A DNA stretch of 63,184 nt, counting the filler. It is 5 parts of 5 records of this genome, joined end to end, with 100 filler letters (N's around TTAATTAATTAA, not from the genome) between each part and the next. Parts side by side here need not be neighbours in the genome. Positions count along the whole stretch, not along the records: positions 1 to 13,778 come from DRR723986_14229; 4 more parts are not named here. One strand, given 5' to 3'. This document shows, one piece after another, positions 1 to 9,100 of this stretch. Positions within the stretch are counted from its first letter, which is position 1. Each line of letters starts with the position of its first letter. A program made the position numbers and the translations under genes. Under the pieces are notes generated by a model. It saw nothing but the letters and a program-made list of their open reading frames with translations. It was not told the origin of the DNA and made no database searches.

Positions 1-67
1 ACAAACAAAAAGAAAAAACAAGCCACCAAACGGAGTGTCGGGGGCGAAGTGATGCCGTTGTTTAAAC

Positions 68-111
68 AAAAAAAACGATCCCATCCCAATTAAGGACAGG
101 ATCGTTTTTTT
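68..111 (-). terminator. Intrinsic terminator downstream of flgE (A/T tracts on both sides, possibly bidirectional)
   Basis: A8-CGATCC...GGATCG-T7 inverted repeat; the stem extends through G-U pairs on the minus strand, ~70 nt after the flgE stop. Confidence 0.8.
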
Positions 112-182
112 GATTCTCTGATTCGCAAGGTTTTGATCCGTGGAGGTTAAAGGCGGATCAAATCAAACTGAGTCAAATGCTA

Positions 183-1565
183 TTATCGTTTCAGCTGGTT
201 GATCTCAGCCAGGAACTGATCACTAATTGTTACGGTTCGGGACGCGGCTTCAAATGCTCGCTGCGTTGAAATCAGATCCGTAAACTGTTCTGTGAGGTCA
301 ACATTCGATTCTTCGAGCGCTTTACCGGCAACACTTGTGGATGGGAAGATTTCCACAGCTGTTCCCAATTGAGGCAAACCACTATTTGGTGAGACGGAGA
401 AGAAATTTCCGCCTTCCTTAATCAAACCACCGGGGTTGGTGAACTTGGCAACAACAACCTGACCGAGAAGTTCGGACTGACCGTTGGTGAAAGCACCGAC
501 AATTTTACCGGTTTGATCAACCGAAATCTGCGAAAGTTCACCGGAGGCATAACCATCCTGGCCTGTAGCAGAAACCGTGTTTTGTGCGGCAAATTGTGTT
601 AATCCACCCAGCAGGTTACTCGGCTCTGCCAGCGTGACTGTTACGTCCTTTGGTGCAGTCTCATCAAAGGCCGTCGTTGCCGAACCGTTAATCGCAGTAA
701 GTGTTGTGTTAAGTTCGGCGGCCGTCAATGCAAAGTTAAGTGGCGTCGACAGGGTACCATCGCTGTTAAATGTGATTCCGAGTGTGCCCGTATCAGCATC
801 GCCGTCCAGGTTACCGGTATCGATAGCTACCGGGTTGGCTTCGTCACCATCCAGGAAAACTGAGAGCGAAAATTCGTTAACAGTTGCTGTTTTAGTGAAC
901 TGCATGCGCAGCACGTGTTCGGCACCCTGATTATCAAAAATTGTGATACTGGAGTTAATAATTTCCCCAGTTGCAGTTTCCGAGTTAACGTTCCCGGCCA
1001 TCGTCAGGTCCTGCGTTTGGCGTGGCGCAGACTTGAAGGTTGGTGAAACCTGGAGGTTAACAACACTACGGTCCAGAATATTGGTGCCGTTGGCATCTTT
1101 TTCTACCAGGCCGGTATCACCCGTTTCAAGGTTAAAACCCTGAACAAATGAACCCGTAGCCGAATCAACCAGGAAACCGTCACGATCCAGTGAGAATGCA
1201 CCGGAGCGCGAGTACAGGGACTGGCCATTGCGCTCAAGTACGAAGAAGCCGTCGCCCTGCAGAGCAAGGTCGGTCGGTCGGTTCGTTACCTGAATGGCAC
1301 CCTGAGAGAAGTCAACTTTAATAGCACCGAGTTTAACACCGAGGCCAATCTGCAGTGAGTCAACACCACCGACGCCACCACCCTGGATAGCATTAGGAGC
1401 GCTACCAATTCCAAGTGTTTGGTTAAACTGCTCAGCAAACGTAGCGCGGCTGGACTTGTATCCAATCGTATTAACGTTGGCGATGTTATTCGAGATAACA
1501 TCCAGACGCTGTTGGTGCGCCTTCAACGACGACGTGCCCGACGTCAATGATCTGATAAGAGCCAT
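183..1565 (-). CDS. flgE: Flagellar hook protein FlgE
   Basis: N-terminal LDVISNNIANVNTIGYK, central DLALQGDGFF...YSRSGAF, C-terminal LEESNVDLTEQFTDLISTQRAFEA; start moved to ATG 1565 behind a GGGAGGG RBS. Confidence 0.95.
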   Translation of the reverse strand: MALIRSLTSGTSSLKAHQQRLDVISNNIANVNTIGYKSSRATFAEQFNQTLGIGSAPNAIQGGGVGGVDSLQIGLGVKLGAIKVDFSQGAIQVTNRPTDLALQGDGFFVLERNGQSLYSRSGAFSLDRDGFLVDSATGSFVQGFNLETGDTGLVEKDANGTNILDRSVVNLQVSPTFKSAPRQTQDLTMAGNVNSETATGEIINSSITIFDNQGAEHVLRMQFTKTATVNEFSLSVFLDGDEANPVAIDTGNLDGDADTGTLGITFNSDGTLSTPLNFALTAAELNTTLTAINGSATTAFDETAPKDVTVTLAEPSNLLGGLTQFAAQNTVSATGQDGYASGELSQISVDQTGKIVGAFTNGQSELLGQVVVAKFTNPGGLIKEGGNFFSVSPNSGLPQLGTAVEIFPSTSVAGKALEESNVDLTEQFTDLISTQRAFEAASRTVTISDQFLAEINQLKR

Positions 1566-1682
1566 AGGGAACCCTCCCGATATAGAATAACAGGTTTTAC
1601 TCGTAGTTGTAAGCGGCACGCCACGGCCATTCCGTTTAATACGGAACAACGCCGGCAGCCTGTTCGAACGAGGAAGTGAATC

Positions 1683-1762
1683 AACGCCTTTCAATCAATC
1701 GAGGCGTTTAGGAGGGTCTCCCGGACTGCTGCCAGGTGAGGCAGCAGCCCTGGGTCCAACCC
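1683..1762 (-). ncRNA. Putative structured cis-regulatory RNA in the flgE leader (two hairpins)
   Basis: GGGT-TGGACCC-A-GGGCTGCTGCC-TCACCT-GGCAGCAGTCC-GGGAG-ACCC followed by AACGCCT-CGATTGATTGAA-AGGCGTT on the minus strand. Confidence 0.5.
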
Positions 1763-1951
1763 CGCATCCAAGTCGAGCCGAATCCTTCGGTTACGTCAGG
1801 GACACTAATTTTGGCGCATCCTGCGCCGACGCTGTCATGGATGTTACAAGAACATCCGGCGCCATCCAATCCGTCGCTTCCATGCGTCAGAATTTCAGAA
1901 CCTGTTTACCAGAGCATCAATCTGAGTCTAAGCTCAGAGCTGAATTACACG

Positions 1952-2341
1952 TCAGGCAATTACAGCGGAATCAATATTGGTAAACACGTTGTCTTTCATG
2001 TTTCCGCTTCCAACAGCCGTTATCACGGTGCGGTTGCGAACGCTAACGATAAATGCCATGTCGCCGAGTAGGACAAGCGATTCCTTCGCGCCTTTTTCTT
2101 CGGCCTTATCCACGGCCGACTCAAGCTTCTGCATGTCTTTTTCCGTTAGCGGGATATCGCGGCTGTCAATTCGGGTGCGGGCATGCGCCGAAAATTTGAG
2201 GGCGCGTACTTCGCGGCTGAATACATCCTTGAAAGAGGGGCGGGAAGGATCACTTTTAACCGGTGGAGTTGATTGACGTTTTAGTTCGTCAACACCTCCA
2301 GCAGGTACAAAGGGGACTCTTATTCCATTTACTTCCGGCAT
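1952..2341 (-). CDS. Flagellar operon protein, TIGR02530 family
   Basis: LKFSAHARTRIDSRDI...KAEEKGAKESLVL...IVSVRNRTVITA...NVFTNIDSAVI; typical position between flgD and flgE. Confidence 0.9.
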   Translation of the reverse strand: MPEVNGIRVPFVPAGGVDELKRQSTPPVKSDPSRPSFKDVFSREVRALKFSAHARTRIDSRDIPLTEKDMQKLESAVDKAEEKGAKESLVLLGDMAFIVSVRNRTVITAVGSGNMKDNVFTNIDSAVIA

Positions 2342-2452
2342 AATTCACCTCAGGTCTTCCGACCGTCAAGGACACACGTGCTTACTTCCTGTAATGTACG
2401 CGTTTTCAACCCTTTCACAAACCCGAATATTGTTTGCGCGAATCTGGATTCA

Positions 2453-2480
2453 GTATCGGCAGATACTCCAGAAACCTTTA
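2453..2480 (-). promoter_or_regulatory. Sigma28 (FliA/SigD) promoter upstream of the TIGR02530 gene
   Basis: Minus strand TAAA-N16-GCCGATAC versus consensus TAAA-N15/16-GCCGATAA/T. Confidence 0.75.
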
Positions 2481-2489
2481 ACAAAAAAA

Positions 2490-3176
2490 TTACTCAAGCA
2501 CACTTAATACGTCGGCAAGGGCCACGCGGCGTCCGTCAACCAGTAAACTGGCGCCCGAAGGATTAAAATCGATCGACTGAACTTTACCGGTCGAAAAGGT
2601 ACTTGTCTCAAGATCAATACCATTGCGGTCCACTGCTTTCACTGAGAAGGTGTAACGTCCCTCAGAGGCCAGGCCGCCAAAGTTGTCACGTCCATCCCAT
2701 TGTGTGACGTTGTCGCCGCCTTCACGCTGTGTGGGCGTTAACGTGCGTACAAGCGCGCCGCTGCTATCGCGAATCTCAATGGTCAACTCTTCGGCTTTGG
2801 CAAACAGGTTGTACTCCAGCTGTGCCAGTTCGCCCTGTTTGAGGCTAAATGAGTCGTCCGCCATTTTCACGGTCCGTCCAATCAGCGATGTCGCTGAGAG
2901 ATTGGTGATCGACTGCGTCATCAGCAGATCAGTCTGGATCGAGTTTTCAAGCGAGGTATTGATATTCGTCAATTGTTCCAGCTGCGAAAAAGTCGCAAGC
3001 TGTGCCACAAACTCAGAGTTTCCGGTTGGCTCCAGCGGATTCTGGGCCTTCATCTGCTCGGTGAGCAGCAGCAGGAATTCATCCTGCCCCAGGTCCTCAT
3101 TGAGTTCCTGCGATTGTTCGGTAATTGTACCAAAGATATTGTTGTTCGTCGATGACGAACTGACGCCTTCTGTCAT
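2490..3176 (-). CDS. flgD: Flagellar hook capping protein FlgD
   Basis: LGQDEFLLLLTEQMKAQNPLEP...EFVAQLATFSQLEQL; FlgD Ig domain IRDSSGALVRTL...WDGRD...GRYTFSV. Confidence 0.95.
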   Translation of the reverse strand: MTEGVSSSSTNNNIFGTITEQSQELNEDLGQDEFLLLLTEQMKAQNPLEPTGNSEFVAQLATFSQLEQLTNINTSLENSIQTDLLMTQSITNLSATSLIGRTVKMADDSFSLKQGELAQLEYNLFAKAEELTIEIRDSSGALVRTLTPTQREGGDNVTQWDGRDNFGGLASEGRYTFSVKAVDRNGIDLETSTFSTGKVQSIDFNPSGASLLVDGRRVALADVLSVLE

Positions 3177-3197
3177 AACTGCCTCGAAAAAGAAAGT

Positions 3198-6100
3198 TTA
3201 AGCATAGCGTTCAAATCCATCGGAAGCGCTGTCCAGCGTGGCCATTGCCGGCTCCGGCTGCGGCGTTTGCACACCGGCATCCATCACGTCAAGGTCCAGA
3301 TCTTCCCGCAGGTAGCGGAAGGAATCAATGAACTCCTGGCGTTCGTGCTGTGCTTCGCGTTCACTCTGGCTGCGGCGTTTGTCCTCGGCAGTTTCATCAC
3401 GCGATTCCTCACGCAGTTCACTGTCGCGAACGTTAATCTCGATCGAATCGACCGTGACGCCGGACTGCACCAGTTTGTCTTTGAGCACGACCGCCTGCTT
3501 TTCCAGAAGGCGGCGCGTTTCAGCTCGTTCCGTATGGATTTTTATTTGCGCAACGCCTTTGCTGACGGTCAGTTCAACCATCACCGACCCGAGGCTTTCG
3601 GGATTCAGCGTCATTGCAATCGCGGCTCCGCGGCCGGCGGGCAGTGTACGCAGCGCACCAAAGGTCGTATCGGCCCAGCGGTGCACGGCTACCTGCCGTA
3701 ATGTTTTAACAACGTGCTCGCGGCCTGCGGGAGCGCGCCCGGATTGCTCAGCGCGGCCGGCTTCGCCCGCTACACGTGTTGGCGCTACATTCTGCGGCAT
3801 CACGCCATGGCGTGAGCGGCTCTGTTCGCGCAATACTTCGTCAAAGCGTTGTGCAGCGGCGCCATTGTTGCTGGCATGCATGCCTGCATCCAGCTCGGCC
3901 GCACGCGCGGCGGATTTCATTTCCTGGCGAGCCGACTGCTCACCATCATTTTTGCCGTTCTGCTGACCATGTTTTTGTTTGTCGCTGCTCCGACCATCTT
4001 CGCCGCCCAGCGAGGACTGCTCGCTCATGCGCGGAACGGCCGGTTCACTTGAAGAGCGTTCGGTCGAAAATGCACGTGGTCGCAGTTCACGTGCAGCGGC
4101 TTCTTCCGCAGCGCGCGGTGCTACATTCTGCTGCTGCGCTGGACGCGTTTCAGCCTGGCGCTCGGGACGCTGTTCCTGTGCCGGACGCAATTCTTCGGCA
4201 GCCGTGCGCGCAAAGATTGAGAGCACTTCAGCGCCAAATCCATTGCTGCCAGAATTGCCGACATTGGTCGCCTGCGAATTCGCCGAGCCATTTGTCTGCG
4301 CTTCTGCCCCGGTTCCCGATCCTGTCAGTGCCTTAGCAGCACTGTTAAGCGCCAGGCTCTGCTGCAGATTCAGCTGCGGACTGATCGGCTCTACGGCAGC
4401 GCGCGGGGCCGGAACGGCTTTGACGGCCGAACCTACGCCGATTGCGGGACGGCGTAGCTGCGCGGCGGCGCGGCGCAAGACTTCGGCTGTGCGCAGCGGA
4501 TCCAGCATCGTTTTGGGCGCATGCTCAAAAGACGAGGACGCGATGTTCAGGGCGGCAGACTGCCGTGCGGCGCGCGGAGCGTCCTTAGGCAAGTCCTTCA
4601 GCACCGGCTGAATTGTATCGCGAGCCGTTTCTTTGCTTGCGGGATTTTCCGCAGGTGCAGCTGCTTTTGCCATCGGCTCCGGAGTTTCCGAGGCTTTTGG
4701 CTGAGCTGCAACTGCTGTGGGATCAGGTTTTGCAGCTGTAAGCGTTTGCGCCTGAGTTGCTGCCTGGCCTGCCGGTGAATGACCGGCCTGCGAGGCATTT
4801 TTGCTGGACGCCGCGACAGTTGCAGGCGTGCGCTGCGGCTGAAGTTCCTGGACGTTGAGAGCCACGCCTTCAGCAGCTGAATTATTCCTGACGCTCGCGC
4901 TACTTGCCTGTGTAGCAGCGGACTTAACATTTTGTCCGGCAGCTTTGACTGCGGATTTGTCGGCCGGCGCGCTCAGGCCATTTTGGGCTTCGGACTGGAC
5001 GCCGCGCGACTGAATTTTACCTGGCTGTGCTTTTGACGTGTCGTTTTGGGTCTTAACACTTTCGCTTACCAGTTTGGCAGCACCGCCCACATTGGACTGG
5101 TCTGCATTCTTGCTTGCCGCAGCAGCGCCATTAACACTCGCCGGTTTGGCAGCTGCCGCAGACTGAGTCGCAGTGTTGTTAAACTGACTACCTTCAGTCG
5201 GTTTGGCAGCCGTATCGGCAGCCCTGTTCGCAACTGTGTTCGCAGTAGCTACACCAGTCTCAAGACTTTGTTTAAGTCCAGCAGAATTGCGGCCCAGAAC
5301 CTCAATCCCCTGGCCGGAAGTCTGTGAACCAGTAGTCTGACCTGCCGTCTCTGAACCGGCAGCCTGTCCGGCTGTCCCCGAACCCCCAGCTAATGCACCC
5401 ACAGTCTGTCTGACAGCATTTGACTGCTGTGGCTCACGCGTATTCGTCACTTTCTGCACGACTTTTGGCGCGGCGGCCTCGGTCTTAACATCTGGGCCGG
5501 CAGTTTTTCCACTCGTCTCAGGATTTACCTGATTTGCCCTCGCCGGCTGCGTCCCGACTGTGGGAACCTGTCCTTCAGCCTTGGCGGAATGAGTGCTTGC
5601 AGCCGAATTCGGCGTCAAGACCTGACGAGATTTGTTTGCAGCAGTGCCGCTAGCATTGCCATTTACGGCTGAACCGGCTTGCGTATTTGCGGCGGATTTA
5701 ACCGGCGCAGCGCCCGACTGTTCTGTTTTTGCCGCTGTGTTAACATTTTTGGCGGCGTCGGCAGACTTCAGATTCACCGCCTGTGCACGCGCATTCGTGG
5801 GCTGCAGAACTTCACGCTGTCTGGCGGCGCCAGGCTGTGTGACTTCAGGTGTAGCGGCTGCGTACTTGAGGCCCGTGGCAGCAGGCTGCGCAGTTTGTTT
5901 AAGAGCTGCTTTCTCAGCTACAGCCGCGCTTGGCTGTTTTGCGACGCTGTTGCCTGGAGCAACATCGGCCTGCGCTTTAGGCGCTGAACCTGCAAGCTTT
6001 GCGGCCTGTGCCTTGCCGTTTTGCACAGCTGTCTGTTTGCCCGTAGCGGCAGCAACAACATTATCACTTTTGCCGGCTTTGGCAGTATGTGCCGACGGGT

Positions 6101-9100
6101 TCTGTTGCAGCGGCGTGGCTTCAGTCTGCGCCTGCGTGTTAACGACTGGCTTGTTAACTACGTTATTGCCGTTTTTGGCGGCAGAAGCAGACCTTTCAGT
6201 GGCACTTCCGGCTGAACTACGGGCGGCATTCGCATTGTCAATGAACGGCTGGTTCAACTGTTTGCCGGCGGCCGCCTGAGTGGCCTGTGTTTTGGCATTA
6301 ACATTTGCACCAGGAGCCGGCTGCGCCGGAACTTGTCCAGCGCGCGACTCAGCTTTTGTTTGTGCAGTCTCTCCGACGCCGGCCTGTGAGTTAACAGACT
6401 GCCGGCCTGCACGATTCTGTGTGGCCGCTTCTGCTTTCGCAGTGGCCGACTTCAGCGGCGCGGCGGAATCTGATGTGCCGGCAGACTGCCTGGAGACAGG
6501 CGCGCCATTTTGTCCGTCAGCTTTGGCCGCTTGCTGTGCCCCAGAGAACTGTGGTGCAGCGACCTGTGACGCAGCGCCATTCTTGACACTGTTTGACTTA
6601 AGCACGCCAGATTCGATTGTGCTGTTCGGCGCAGCCTGCGAGCCGGAATTGTTTACAGCGCCAGGCGGCACGTTTTGTGCCTGAGTGACACGCGCGGTCT
6701 GACCTTCGGCGCGGCCTGCAGGCGCAGCCGGAGCAGCAGCCTGAGGCTTAACATTTTCAGGTTTTTGCGGCAGAACACTCGGCTGCTTTGGCTGCGCCGG
6801 CGTCTGTTCTGCAGACCTATCTGCAGACTTAACAGCCTGACTGCCTAAGGCTTTGGCATCTGCAACCTGACTTGTGGATGGCGCAACAGTTTTTGGCTGA
6901 GACGCCGCATCATTCGGCTGACCGTTCGGCGCAGCGGCATTAACATTTTGCCCCGCGACTGTCGCAGTCGGCGCGCCGGAGACCTGTCCAGTAGCTGAAC
7001 CGGCAGCCTGTCCGGCCTGCGCACTCCTTGGCTGGGCGGCGGCACCCGAATTCTTCTGGTGTAGCGGCGCCTGCGAAAGTTCTTTATCTGCGCGCGCGCC
7101 GGCAGTTTTATCCGCTAGTTTTGCGGCGGCCGGATCTGCGTCTGCAGACTGGCGTGGCGCGCTGACTTGAGCCTCAGAGACTGCAGTCTTAGCTGCAGCG
7201 CCGCGAGACTCAGAGTCTATAACTCGGCCTGCGGCCGCAAGATTTTGTTTAAGTGCCGGTGCGTCGGACTTAAGCGCCGCACTCTGCTCGGCAGGGGCCT
7301 GCGGCCTGGCTGCCGATTTGGGTTCTTGAGTTATCTGCTGCGGCGCATCTTTCGACGCAGCATTCACTTTTTGTTCAGCGGCTGGTGACTTCTCAGTCTG
7401 TGCGGCAATCGGCGGATTCTGGCCAAGTGATTTTTGACCTGCAGCCGCTCCATTCGGATTTTGGACTTTGTTTAAGTCGGTAGACTGAGCGGCGCCCGGA
7501 CTTTGCAGCTGCTGACTATCTCGCAGACTTCCGGCTTGTGCCGCAGAGCCAAACAAAATGTTTTGGTTAGCAGCCGAGCGCTCAGAAGCAGGACTTTCAG
7601 CCTTAAGTCTGCCCTCCACTTGTGGCTGCGAATTAACATCCGTTTGTGATTGCGCCGCAGGTGCCGTGTTTAAGCCGCCCGAGTTAAGCTGCACAGTCTG
7701 TTCCGGAGTTGCAGAACGCCCCTTAAGCGGCGCCGAATTCGGGTTCGAATTGGCCTGTTTATGAGCCGCATCCATGACTTTTGTATCAGCCGCAGACGCT
7801 TGTGTGCTTTTGTTTAAAGGCGCATCCATCGAAGCGGACTGCGGACTTTGTGCTGTCCTGCCATTCTGCTGAACATCGTGCTGAGCCTTCTGTAGACCGT
7901 TCTGTTGACCGCTCTGTTGAACATCCTGTTTAACTGGCGTTTTGGCATCCGCAACAGACTGCGTCTGAACTTGTGCAGGATCAGACGTTCCATTTTTGGC
8001 CGAAGCCATATGGTTTGCATCAGCCTGAATTGCCGCCGTTTTTACAGAGGCAGTTGAATTTTCAATGAACGCCGCGCCATTCTGTGCCGCTTTGGAGCCG
8101 GGCGAGTTGCCGGAATCCACGAGCTTGCCCGCCAACTGTCCCGCCGTTTCGGCAGTTGCCGGCGGCGCAGGCACATTTGCAGTCGCAGATGGCGCAATCT
8201 TTTGTTCAGCAAGTGGCGTGCCAGTTTTTGCAGCGGCCAGTTCTTGTGGCGCGGAACGACGACTGGACAGTGTGCGCAGCTGCTCCAGCGTCTCAGCCGA
8301 AACGCTTGGTGGCTGCATATCGCCAAGCTGTGCGCTTATTGAACTTCCAGCGGTCAAACCTGGACCCGCAGCTGCATTGGCGGGACTTAAAGACTCACCA
8401 CCGATAATGCGCAGAGACTGTACGCTGCCACCCAGCTCACCCAAAACCTGCATCAGTGAACTCAGACGTGCTGCGGCCTGCCCGGCAGACGCATTCTTTG
8501 CTGCCTTGGCAGACGCAGCCGGATTGGCTTCGGCGGGAAGTTCATCCAGACTGATTCGCAGCGTCTGCGGAATAAGGGTCTGGCCCTGCTCGCGAATCGG
8601 TGCATCAAGAACAATTTCGGCCTCGCGTGGCAGGAGCGTGGCGCGTCCGTCAGCCGCCGCGCGCGCATTGACGGATTGTAGCGCCTGCGAATCCTGCCCA
8701 CTACTAAGCGGCCCGGCAGGAGCCTGAACGCTCGGCGTATTTTCAGCAGCGACGGAACGTGAATTATTGGCGAGAATCTTAGCTGGAGCCGCATCAATGC
8801 GGACTTTGCCGTCAGCAAAATCGAGACGCAGCAGCGTGGTTTCGCCGGCTTGTGATGTGCTCTTGCTCGCACTGCGATTATTTGCCGGAGCCGCTTCAAC
8901 CGCAGGTGTCTGTTTTTTGCCGTCGGCAACGGCGCCGGTTTCAGACTTCGAGTTGTTCACGACCGCAGGCTCTTGAGCGGACTTATCACTTTGAGCGGCG
9001 GGCTGCGCAGTTGCTCTTTGTGTGCCCGGCAGCGGCTCTAAAACTTCGCTTCGCGAATTGCCCGGTGCAGCTGCTATTTGACGAGCTGCCTCGGCTGAAC

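Noticed and set aside
1566-1951. c-di-GMP riboswitch upstream of flgE
   Set aside because: I could not find the GEMM-I GGCAAA...GAAA...GACGCAAAG core or a c-di-GMP-II layout on the minus strand.
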